64,000 nucleotides of DNA. Source: Paraphysomonas bandaiensis (Eukaryota; Protista; Chrysophyceae). Every line of letters begins with the position of its first letter. The stretch's first letter is position 1. The DNA lies in assembly GCA_965644295.1 (NCBI GenBank), contig CBFFRP010000352.1, forward strand, positions 186,001-250,000, written 5' to 3'. Below the pieces are notes generated by a model that made no database searches, was not told where the DNA came from, and saw nothing but the letters and a program-made list of their open reading frames with translations. A program made the translations under genes and the position numbers. Positions 25,602-37,073 of the stretch are shown here, piece after piece.

Positions 25602-26748
25602 CTATCGTAAACCTGGGGCACGAATGTGATCAGACTGGCCCCTGAGAGACCGTTGCAGTTGTTTAGGATCGGCCCACGCAGAGTGCAAGTAGTCGTCTTC
25701 GTCATTCTCTGCTATCTTTTTTAGCTCTTCCTGCTTTTTAAAATAATACGCCATCATAGCTTTTTTCTCCTCCTCAGAAACACCAGCTTCGCGACCGGGA
25801 GCGCCTGCTCCTGGCTTCTGCATTTTGGCGATAACCTAAGGCAAATGTTATACAAATTACTACCCTTGAAATAAAAACATAAACTATCAAATTATATTGC
25901 GCTTCGTACATCTATTCATGCGAAGAAAATAAAGTAAAGAGTGGGAAGGGTTGGCTATATACCTTTGTTTTCTCGTTTCTTCCAAGTCTATCCGCCACAG
26001 TTCGTCCTGGGGATCGGTCAAGACACTTAGAGGCAATCCACACCTCTGCAGTATCCGGGTCTAAAATTTCTTGTCCAGCCGCTGTTCCATCCAGGCCCTC
26101 CACACCTTGTATTGTCAGATGCACCGTATCCCACTCAGGAAGGCCCATAGGGTAGGCTGTCGATGACACGGAAGTCAAATCGCCATTACTATAGCAGAGA
26201 CAAAAATTCATACGCACCCATTATTGTCGCTCCACGAATATTATCGAGCTTCTCTTGCAATAATGGAAGTGACACTGCTACTTTTCTGGCGGCGAGGTCC
26301 TTTCACTTCAATAAGGACAGGAATAAATGACATGTCGAAATTTTACCTTACTAAGAATAGATTCAGTATCTTGAGCCACGCGTTCAATAGTTTCCGTCAG
26401 TTGTGGCCCAACACCATTTCCTGTTCGTGCACCAGTGGGATCGGCCTGATAATGCTCATTCTTTTCGATTGTTTCGTTGTTGTATTTCTCAGCGATCTAC
26501 AAGTAATATGATGACTGTTCTATAGCCGAAACAACAACACATAACACCTCATCTAAACCAGCTTTGTCAGGGGGTTTCATGGGACCATATTTAGCCATTT
26601 CTCTTATTGCTCCGCATAGTTGGGCCAAACGAATTCTCAAGTTCCATATTTCAGTTAATTCACGTACCACATCATCAGCGAGCGCTTCACAAGTAGTTTC
26701 GTAAAGAAAAGTATCACTATCTCCCTTTTTGACTTGAAACACGACCAT
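25602..26748 (-). CDS. CFAP298: Cilia- and flagella-associated protein 298 (C21orf59/FBB18 family)
   Basis: MVVFQVKKGD...FLYETTC, GPMKPP, DPTGARTGNG, AYPMGLPEWD, GRNEKTKV and GAPGREAGVSEEEKKAMMAYYFKKQEELKK...SAWADPKQL. About 4 GT-AG introns. Confidence 0.96.
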
Positions 26749-27213
26749 ATTTATCAATATCTGTGTAGCTGCAATGCTTTGAATTAATGACAATTTAATT
26801 CATCTCTTCAGCTGCAGTGACGAGGGGGTGTCTGCGTGTAAAACGAACGACACTATCAGCCCCCCCTTTATAGCGGTATACTGTATGTATATATTCAGAA
26901 CAAAAAGACGATTTCTGGAAAAGTTTGACAGAACATACACTCTGTACAGCAGAGTACACACATATCCAAAAAACCCTTTAAATAGTCCTTTTTTTGAGTT
27001 TTCTGTCACCTCGAAATATTGTAGGTTTTTAGCAGTGAATACTAGTATGCCAAGATATTGGATATTTTTGCAGAACCACTGGTGGAAAGATAGGAGAGGA
27101 CATGTACCATCCACGTAGATAGACAAACCACAAGAGGACCAGAAGAACATCATCTCTCAGAAGGTTTAAATCCAGTCGGACTAACACACAGCCCTATCTG
27201 TGCTGACGTTTGT

Positions 27214-27909
27214 ATGTCATCCCTTCTTACTCTCACTGCCGAAATAGCTGGAAATGCTGGAGGCGTTATGTTTGTCGTCGGCTCCTACTTCTTTTACCCC
27301 AAGTACGATACAGCGTGTGGGGTCAACTCCTGCTCAATGTATGGAGCCATACTGTATGTATTGGGCAGCATATGCTTCTTTTTCACGTCTTGTGTTAATT
27401 TCTACAAAATTAATGCCATTTCGTGCGAAGACTTTTCTCTCACTTTGAATGCGGCGCTATACTTAGTAGCCAATTTTTTGTTCATAATTGGGTCTGTTTT
27501 ATTCATTCCGTATGGACCAATATATCAGGCAACTGCGGGAATTAGCCTGTTTATGATTGGTTCTTTAATATGCATGATTGCTCCGATATTCGACATTCAC
27601 AGGGCACGTAAACAGCGTCGACTTAATACCGACTACCTTACATATGTTGTGGAATGTACGATGGCCGTTTTGTACATCGGTGGATCAGTTTTCTTTTTAC
27701 TGGGCAGTATATATTATCTACCGCAGTTGTATAGGCCTTTTTCAACTCATATGTTTGTGACGGGTTCTTTTCTTTTCATGGGGGCTACTCTATCTCCTGG
27801 AGTTGTAAGTGTGTGGGGGTATCTTAATCGGCACAAGACTATCACACCCATGGATGGTTACCAGACTAAAGGAAATGATGCAGTTGTGGGGGTTGAAGTG
27901 CCTTACTAG
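27214..27909 (+). CDS. Six-TM membrane protein with three YrhK-like repeats
   Basis: Six hydrophobic helices, each carrying [FY]xxGS (FVVGS, YVLGS, FIIGS, FMIGS, FLLGS, FVTGS). Intronless. Confidence 0.8.
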   Translation: MSSLLTLTAEIAGNAGGVMFVVGSYFFYPKYDTACGVNSCSMYGAILYVLGSICFFFTSCVNFYKINAISCEDFSLTLNAALYLVANFLFIIGSVLFIPYGPIYQATAGISLFMIGSLICMIAPIFDIHRARKQRRLNTDYLTYVVECTMAVLYIGGSVFFLLGSIYYLPQLYRPFSTHMFVTGSFLFMGATLSPGVVSVWGYLNRHKTITPMDGYQTKGNDAVVGVEVPY

Positions 27910-28479
27910 AGTGGGTAGATATAATTTCTACGTCGCTACGAATCGCACATACCTTCATTAATTTTATACGATACACACAGTCGTATTTTTCTCTCTTTTT
28001 TTCACATACATAGTTTATAGCATGACGTAACACTTTTTCATATAAATACTACTGCATTTAATTTAAAATCATCACACATCAGTGATGTACTATTAAAAGA
28101 TATAAATCATGTAATTGCTTACAAGTTGTATTTTAAGTTTATTGACATATAATCGTTGAATGTGGAACACAGCAAGTGAAGACAGCATCACTGAACTTAG
28201 TGAACAAACTCAAATATATTTACTGCATAGGTACGTGTCTATTTAAGATCGTAAAATGTGAGATGGTACTAGTGACATAATTAATATAGTGCGTGCTGAG
28301 AAATAGTTATCACTATTGTTAATAAATTGAATATTGAGTCAGTTCAGAGTTTTCTACAACCATCATAGTGTCAATTTTTGGAAAAAAAGGAATTACTTAA
28401 TGCTTAATTGTACTTTTATATCGTTAGTAAACAGTTAGAGCTTGTCGTTCTTCTGGATGTGAAGTGAAGACTAGATATG

Positions 28480-29020
28480 TAGCATGCAATTATATAGAAG
28501 ATGTACAATAGTTTTGACTCGATAGCTAGCACACGTATCAGAGATAGGGAACAATATAGTAGTGAATGTCTGATCATTAGCAATAGGCGTGTATGATTCA
28601 GAACTATTGTATCATTGCAATTTAACTAACTAGTGTTTAACTCTGATATCCTACTATATTTAGCGCTTCGAAAGCTGCTTGTGCGTCACCGCAAGCACCA
28701 AGGTACAACCACTTTCGCACTCTGTCCTTAAGGTGAACAGCCCAGATGCCTGACTTCAGTAGGCAGCCCAATACCCCGGATGCTTTTGAGGAGGGCCCAT
28801 TCCCGGATGCCTGTTTATTCGTTTAGGTCAAAAGGTGTTTACGCCAGTGACACTTACAGTGTATATTAGTGTCCCTTGTACCACACAAGCATTTGGCTAT
28901 GAGTGGGTAGAACGATATCTGCTGACTGTGTATGCAATTATGTTAGTTTCCCGACAAAATATATCCGGTACTTATCCTCCAGTACACCACGAAAAGGTGC
29001 GAGTACGACTTTGTTTAAGG
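28480..29020 (+). repeat. Longest copy of an unclassified, hairpin-rich dispersed repeat family
   Basis: Different parts align by eye with 11765-12010 (inverted), 53740-53890, 56722-57090 and 62136-62190. Confidence 0.85.
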
Positions 29021-29199
29021 GGGAACAATATATTACAATACTATTGTCAGATAGCGTTCCGTCGATAGTAATGATGGAGTCTTTAAAATTCACGTGATAA
29101 TAAAACCCACTACTGCTTAGCTAGCAATCCACTACTCATACTTATCCTCTGAGTCATCATCGGTGACGTCAACATTACCATATTCATTCAAAATTGTTT

Positions 29200-29570
29200 G
29201 AAATATGCTTACGCCCGACCACAAGAACTGTTGATTAGTTTTCTTAGAAACAACAGCATCATGTTCAGTGTAGTAGGATGAATACGTTTGCACAACGCTG
29301 CTATAATAAGTTTAGCTGCGCTGAACAGACGTTCACATGTATTGGAAGTATATATTACATAACTCATGCATCTGTACTTAGATATTTTTAATTTTTTGAG
29401 CTGACTGAAGAAATTTTTCCACATAGCCAAAATCAGCTTCATTATCCTCTGTATTGTTACAATCACTTTCTAAACGGAAATATATTCTAACAGCAACTTT
29501 CTCAGATCTTGTCAACTCAAATTCTTCGCCCGCTTGAATTTTGCACCCTACAGTTAAGAATTTTTCGTAC
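29200..29570 (-). mobile_element. Degenerate hAT-like transposase C-terminal remnant
   Basis: YTSNTCERLFSAAKLII...IHPTTLNMMLLFL resembles the hAT dimerisation motif (PxS..CERLFS). An upstream fragment in another frame reads KIQAGEEFELTRSEKVAV. Frameshifted. Confidence 0.8.
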
Positions 29571-30275
29571 CGGCAGTCAGTATCTTATTTTTCGAAAATA
29601 TATTGAAGCAAAATTACTCTATATAACTGCAGTACAACTACGGCTGTTATACAGATAATTGTTGTCTCAATATTAGTGGCATCTTGGATGCCGATATGTT
29701 TCGTATATGTCTTTCAGAATATTGATTATATATATTTTATTATATTGTGAGCTACTCTAATAGAAACAATATATTTGATTGTTTTCTATCCCTGGCGCGT
29801 AAGAACACATTGGACAAGTTTTATTACACTTTTAAATGCATTTAACATTTAATATAATTATCTTGTATAGATAAGTTTAACATTTTTATATCTTATTGCA
29901 TATACGATATTATACAACTACGTATATTCGTACGTTGTAACTTATGAAACAACCATTAAAAGTTCTACATTAATGCACAAATTCCAACAATCATTACTAG
30001 GGTGGTATACTAGAGTTTCGTATAACTAATTTATTTTGCTGCCTCGCTAGAGTTGAATAGTTCTGCGACAATGTATATCATTGCGCCAATACGGTAATAC
30101 GAAACTATTAAAATACAGAGTACTTATTGACGCCAATTATATACATAACAGGTGTAAAGTGATATACAATGCACCATACCACGAAAATCTCGATCAAATA
30201 TATACGCTACAGAAACTAAACAAAAACGGTACATGGTTTGCAAACAATGCTAACATCACATAACCAAATAAATAC

Positions 30276-31706
30276 TCACACCGTTTCTGCAAGCTCACAT
30301 ATCTCTGTACACAATAGTCTAACTAGATTAGATGACCATGCCTTGGGCAAATGACACTCTGATTCCGGCGTAGGCATGAGGATGAAATAATTATATATTC
30401 TGACCTTGCACCCGTCATCCAAGGACACATTTCCGTCTTTACCGGTCTCTGGCTTGAATAGAGCTTCCAGTTCTGTACCCGTCTCCAAAAAAGATTTATC
30501 GCCACTCACTGTGGAAGAATTCGTGCCAATTACCAGTCCACGCACTATACACAACCCACCCGCGGTAATTCCCCTCCTTCCTACAACTTCTATGTCTACC
30601 CAACACTTCGCACGGGTGCGTGGGTTCTGCAGGCCTCTTCCTCTATCTTGACAAGCCAGTCCTACCCGCATCCCGCACCGTTCCCGTACCACCCCGCGAT
30701 ATGCCTTGAGAAGGGGTCCATCTGACATATGTTTGAACCGCTTAATCCTGCCAGAAAGACGCTCTGAACTTGATGGTGGAGAATTAAGAGTTGCAATCTG
30801 GGAATTAAAAGGGGGGGTCCCCGGCCGGTCATCGTCACTCTTTGCTGCGTCGTCAACATCTTCGTCGGTTAGTATATCACGATTACGCGCCTTGGAAAGA
30901 AAGCTCGGTAAGAATGAAACAGACGAATCAGTAGCAGGGCGTGTAGCAGGAACCCGGGGAACAGTTACTGGGAGAGAGGTGCGACGCGTTCGGCGGTCTT
31001 GGGAACGGTGAACTCTTCCAGTACTTTTTCTACGTGATACACCACCCCAATGGTCAGGGCGGTCCAGCACATCGCTCATCAACCCAGACTTTCGGCGCGT
31101 ACTGGTAACCTGGCTTGAAGTACCAGTTGTACGACCGCCCGATATGAGATTTCGATGTGGAGACGTGAATAGCACTCGGTCTTTGCTAGTCGTCGTGATA
31201 GAATCACCAGTATTGCCAGTATTTCCGCCAGGATTTGCAAATGCTGGAGCATACGCACCCGACTTACTACTAGAATTAGATTGCTTTGGTGAGTTCCAGC
31301 GTTCCCTCTAAAACGTGTTGTTATAACAACCAATAAGAAATCACCACACCAGCTGACCTGAGGAGTATAACTGGAAAAGTTTATTCGCGGCGTTGCTTCG
31401 AGAGGTGGGATCAATTCTTCACTGTGTGTCATCATTTCCAATATATGACTGTCTGCCAGATGTGTTCGTGTTTTGCCATTTGTGCTGTTTCTGAATTTGG
31501 GAGGACGTAACTTTTTGGCCTTCGGTGATCCAGATACACCTTCCTGTATACATACACACACAGTTACAAGAGAGGAGTTACAGATATTGCTCATGCACCG
31601 TGTAGGAAGACAGTTTACGTCTAAGCTGTCGAGAGGATTGTTTTAACTCCTCTGCGTCGTGTTCAAGATACACGACAGCATCGTCCGAGTCGTCACTATC
31701 AGCCAT
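30276..31706 (-). CDS. Uncharacterised protein with disordered N-terminus and C-terminal OB-fold-like (SPIDR-like) domain (3 exons)
   Basis: ATG at 31706 (MADSDDSDD). GT-AG introns near 31545-31599 and 31307-31356 join ORFs 31594 and 31175 in frame. C-terminus LEALFKPET...GCKVRIY...LLCTEICE. The gene model is firmer than the family call. Confidence 0.7.
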
Positions 31707-32190
31707 CTCAATAGCAATAAGAGTTAATTTACGTCTCTATAGATATACCGGAAGAAGATCCAACGCTCATTAGCACGCAATTATGACACATTACTACCTC
31801 ATGTCGGTCATATTCAGAACTCTTCCATCCATCGCATATGATTCAAATATTAAACTATTCCACAAAGACTTTTTTCATTTCATTTCACTCACAAAACCCT
31901 AATATTTATAATAAAATATAAACCAGAATCTGAAATACTCATATTTTTATGTAGTCAATATTCCTCATGACATACTCCGTACATCCACTGCTGCATATAT
32001 AAACTGCTGTACTATACATACAAACTCGCAGAAATCACACAACGAATAAATAAAATTCGAAAAAATCAAAGTCATTGTAGTAATTCACCTCATCAGTCGC
32101 TTATATCACACTGCGCGACGTCTCTGCACACCAGACGGATTCACGATTACTCCCATCGAGAGTCCCTAACCAGAGACGCGGACAGGAGTC

Positions 32191-35100
32191 ATGATAAGCG
32201 AGAAAGGCCTTCTGATGCACCGGTGTCGTGTGGCCAGGGATTATGTCTTTTCTGCTCGAAATCACACCGGATCACAGTCTGTAAGAGGATTAAAGTATAC
32301 CTATATATGTTAACGTTGTTTTTGTAGTTGTTTCACAACTGTGAGGCAGAGGCGGAAATTATTTGGCGTGATATTTCTCACCGGCTACAGAATATGATAT
32401 ACAACCAACCCAAAGATTTTTTGCATGATATTCAAAGACTGAAGGCGCTTCTTATTCCACAATGCAAAACTTCTAAGCAAGAAGAGCATATGAATATCGT
32501 GTTTGATCGTGTTAGGGAGCTGGCTCAGGTCAAGCAGCCCCTGGTGGCCAGTGTACAGAATAAGTGCTGTACTAACAGCTTTCAGCTGGTTTTCGACTCA
32601 GCGACAGCAGATAATGCCATGTCTATCATGAGTGCACTGCGTGACTATGGACGCACCTATGGAGACCTCGTGAAGAATGGTACCAGATCTGCAGAGTTAG
32701 CACACAATAACCACGGTTGTAGTGTAAATTAAATCTTTGTTTGTTTTAATATATGTCCACAGTTTCTGTAGAGGATGCAGTCCCACCAAAGGTATATGGT
32801 GCACACAATGTATTCGTGATTATTTACATCTTTATAGAGAAAGCAGGTGTCGAAATCTAAGAAGCGACCCAATAAAGTTAGTATGCCCACTAGAGAGTCG
32901 ATTGGTTTGTCGAAGGCCAACAGCCGATCTACTTGCAAAACAAAGTCAGGGACTTGTGTCGATGAGGTACCTGCAGCCGCTAGAGACGTCAAAGTGGCTC
33001 CAGAGGTTAAAAGAAAGTGCGCATCTCTCCACCGTGTTTCCCAGCGTCCTCCAAGCAAGGACTGCACACCTCATCCGGTGTTTTACGGTGTATGGGAGCA
33101 CACAGTAGCGAGGGTCTTCCACGCGCAGGTGGTAATATTCGGAGAGACGATCAATCTGGGAACATCATTCTTGTTTGCTCATCAGGCAGCAAAGTGAGTC
33201 CATTAGACTTCTTGAGCGAATTACTGCGTTTTTAAGTTATGTTGTTTGTCAATTGTTTGTAGAGCTGTTGATCGTGCAGTGTTGAGAACATTTGGGCCGG
33301 AACTTTGTGGGACGGAGGATCTGAACTTCAATGTACGCCCACGGATGTATGTGTTTGTTTTAACTGGAATGGAATTATAGGTGTCTGTATATGCCCAGGA
33401 GGATCTACAGACGCTGTGCCAGTACGACACTCAACTCAGGTCATCTGTGAATGATATATAATTGCTTGATGTGTAATTTATTTCGTGCTATTCAGAGTGG
33501 CTCTGATGTGGTGCAAGCAGTGGAAGGGTCTTCAGAAGCTCGACTTTGGATTCCTTATTCGCCGGTGGAGTACTTTTTTTTTAATATATGAATATATATG
33601 GTTACTTTATACTTTGTTCCAACTATATGTGTAGTTCAGATGTACTTTACAAAGTACTCACAACTTCCATATAGGCGCATTGGGAATAGTTCGGTTAAAT
33701 CACAACCATGCTCATCTGAATCTGCTGAATCTCTCCCTTCGTCAGTATCAACCAATAAGACTTCGGTTCCGTCTTGTAGAAATCCGACTTGTGATAACAG
33801 CAAGAGCAAATCCGGCTTGAGTTCGGCATCTGGTTCCAGTGAGGTGGATGTAGGTTACGATGATGTCGTTACCTCGCCTAAGAAGACTGTGGAACAGAAT
33901 CTTAGCGTAGATGACAACAGTGTCGCCCATAATAGCGATAGTCTTCTTCGAAGCGGCTCAGATGTCGTTTCAGACAGTATTTTGGGTAGATCAAGTTGTG
34001 GACATGATGGAAACGAGAGTAGCTCAGCGACAGTAAGTTCTGAACTGGTAAAGGCGTCTGAAATATCAACTCGGTTGAATGCTGATCATAGTAGCAATTG
34101 TAGTACTTCCGTTCGAAAGAACTCATCAGTGGTGATTTCTAGGAGGTCAACTCGATTAAATTCTTGTAGTGGTAGTAATATTAGTGACTCAGTGTCAGAT
34201 AGCTCTTCATCAGTTACAACGTCAAGGAGGTCGGGGCGGCGTTACTCTGGTGACAATGGTAGGAGTAGTGATTCAGTAGTGGACAGTTCTTCACCTGTGT
34301 CTACGGTGGCTTCTAGGAGGTCAAATCGATTGAATTCTTGTGATGATAATAGTCATGGTGGTTCTGCTTCAGAAGCATCAGTTGTAATGTCTAAGAGTTC
34401 ATATCATGTGCAGCCTGACGACGACAGTAGCTGTGGATTTGTCTCAGATAACTCTACATCTGTGGTGACGTATGAATTGAATTCGGGTGATGGAGGAAAC
34501 AGCCCTCGCTTAGTGTCAGGGAGCTCTATTTCAGCAACGACCCTAAAAAAATCGAAACGGTTGAACCCAAGTGATGGTAATGGCAGCCATAGCGGATCTG
34601 TATCAGATAGCTCTTCGTCCGCGGTGTCAAGAAGATCACGACGATTGAAATCTGATGATGGTGGTGGTGGTGTTAACAGTCATGACTCATTGTCAATGAA
34701 CTCTGCTTTTATATCTAGGAGGTCAAGACGATTGCGCTTTGGTAATGACGGTGGTAGTACTAAATGTAGTGATTCGGATGTTGAGGGTACGACACCTAGT
34801 CAAGATCGTAGTCTGAAGTATACGAAGAGAAACGTCAGCACTGCTGACTCATCCGTAGCGAGACTGAGCCTTCGGTCCCGAAAGAACAGCAATGAAAATG
34901 TTACAATTGCTAGTAGTGGGTCTCAGTCGAAAGTGGAATCGCGTGCGAACTCTAGGAAAAGATCAAGTACTAGGCTGAGTCAGAGTCGTTTTGACGGCGT
35001 ATCCGATAACTCATGTACCGAAGAATCAAAGGAACAGGAGAATAAACTAGACCCTAACGGCGATCACAACACATTGGAAAGTGATGAAATTACCAAATCG

Positions 35101-36228
35101 GATGAAGTGATATTACCATCTAAGAGGCAGTCTACCGATACCCTGTCAACTTCTGATTCTAAATCTAAGCGCAGGAAAAGGAACGAGAGGTTTTCATCAC
35201 TGGCATCAGGCGTATCCACTAAGAGATCTCCTCGATTGCACCCTGGAATGGACCCTTCCATTCGTGTAATGCGGAATGGCAAGTATTCCAGACGGGATGC
35301 TGGAGTGCTCACTGACACTACTGGGCGCCAGTCTCGCACCATCGCTCGCACGAAAAGACACCGGGATTCAAGCCAGGAGATTAGTGCCAGTGTGAAGAAG
35401 GAAACCACGGAAGTGGCAGAACCTGTCACTTCCCCCTGCACCACTCATTCGACAGTTGCACAGGGTCGTCATCAAAAACAAACATGTAAATCATCTTCAA
35501 TCGCAGTCGGTAGTGATAAGAGTTTCGTCGAGCATACTTCTGATTCCCCTAATCATACTGGTGTTAATGAACGACGATTGAGAGGGGGTCGAAAACATAC
35601 GAGCACTTCTGATAAGAAAACCTCCAATGATACACATCTGTCGACTGAGAAGAAGACGAGAAGTAGATCAGCCGTGAGAACTAATACAAATGACAGTACG
35701 ACAGCGACTAATCGTTCTAAAACTGCTCCCAGGATAGGGTCAACAACACGTTTGTCGGTTTTAGTTTCTAATGAGCGCCCCCAAAGAAACCGACATCCTG
35801 TGGTCAATAGAGAGAACGGTAATGTTACACATGCGAAGAAGAGTGGCCCGAGTGCAAATAAGTCTACTAGAGCTCAGTCTTTAGATCTGAAAACATGTCG
35901 CAGAGCTGTTGGCAGTAAACCTAGAGGTGTGTTTGAGTATGTGTCTGCAGATGTTTCGAATGGTGTGAAATCATCATCTGGAAGACTTTTGAGCCGTTTC
36001 ATCGGTTGTGAGTTCACAGACCTCGAGGTTCCAAAGTCTGACCCATTTAGGCATGGATATGTAACTGATATCGTTCAAATAAATGGTCGTGGTGCCTACC
36101 TGTTCAAGTTCTACAACCCGAAAATATACACGACGGAACCGTCGAATCGGCGTCAGTCTGCCTGGGCATACCAAGGGTGCGATGAAATAATCAGTAAACC
36201 AAGTATATATGCGTGGAGTAAAAAATAG
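32191..36228 (+). CDS. AP2/ERF-domain protein with a long Ser/Arg-rich region (multi-exon)
   Basis: After splicing: FYGVWEHTVARVFHAQVVIFGETINLGTSFLFAHQAAKAVDRAVLRTFGPE...LNF, matching the AP2 pattern (Y.GV...A.I...LG.F...AA.A.D.A...G....LNF). About 8 GT-AG introns link it in frame to the 876-aa ORF. Confidence 0.8.
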
Positions 36229-37073
36229 TTAGCTGAGTTCAAATAGTTGAGGAATGTATGTAGCGTTTTTTTGTCACTATTTTATATGTCATTGTTGATT
36301 GGGATATTGTGCACTTCCGTTCAAGTATATACTTCGTATGCACTTCCATATAGTTGGATATTAACGTGTTCTATAATTTCCAATTCTTCTTCAGATAATG
36401 CTTCGATTAGTGGCATGCTTGCTCTAACTATTCGATGAGGGTTAGGGTTTTTAAATAGGAATCTGCTCTCCAATTATTATCCTTCATGAAACTTAAACTC
36501 TCCTGTAATATGATTCTTGAAGTTGTTTCGAAGTCCAGTTATTAAGATGATCGCTTGCACTGACATCATTATGATTTTCAACACCAGACGAAGGATGGAA
36601 AACAACTTGGAGTGTTTGATGACCTGCTTTTGAAATTAGGCCCATCATTATGGTTTCTTTATAATTGTGAAGTATAATGAAATCACATTCAAACGACTGT
36701 CAACATCATAATTAAGATAGAAGCGATTTTCTGGTTTCTTGTTTACCAAATATTGAAGTTGAATGTCTTTATATTCCCGGCGCTGATATGAGTGTTGTGC
36801 GAAGGAACAAATGGAAAATTAGTTACGTTTAAAAACGAGACCGACATTCACTGGTTATGGTTTTATTGTAATTATATACGAAACGTATTAACATAACTAT
36901 GATTCTACGTTGTCAGTTGTTGAAATATTCTCAACCATACTTTCATGGCTTTAATATCTCCCTCGATAATCGAAACTAAATCAGTTTTGTAACAACTTTA
37001 TTGATATTACAAGCTAACAGTAATACATTTCACTGTTCAAACAACAATAAACATAAGTTGGGAAACTCTGTTG

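Noticed and set aside
28625-28700. Helitron 3' end (hairpin then CTAG|T on the minus strand) for the dispersed repeat
   Set aside because: The hairpin is about 45 nt from CTAG rather than about 11 nt, and similarity between copies continues past CTAG.
28760-28780. GCCCAATACCCC block as a Fanzor/TnpB omegaRNA signature
   Set aside because: Only a short, possibly chance resemblance recalled from memory. There is no RuvC/TnpB-like ORF in the window.
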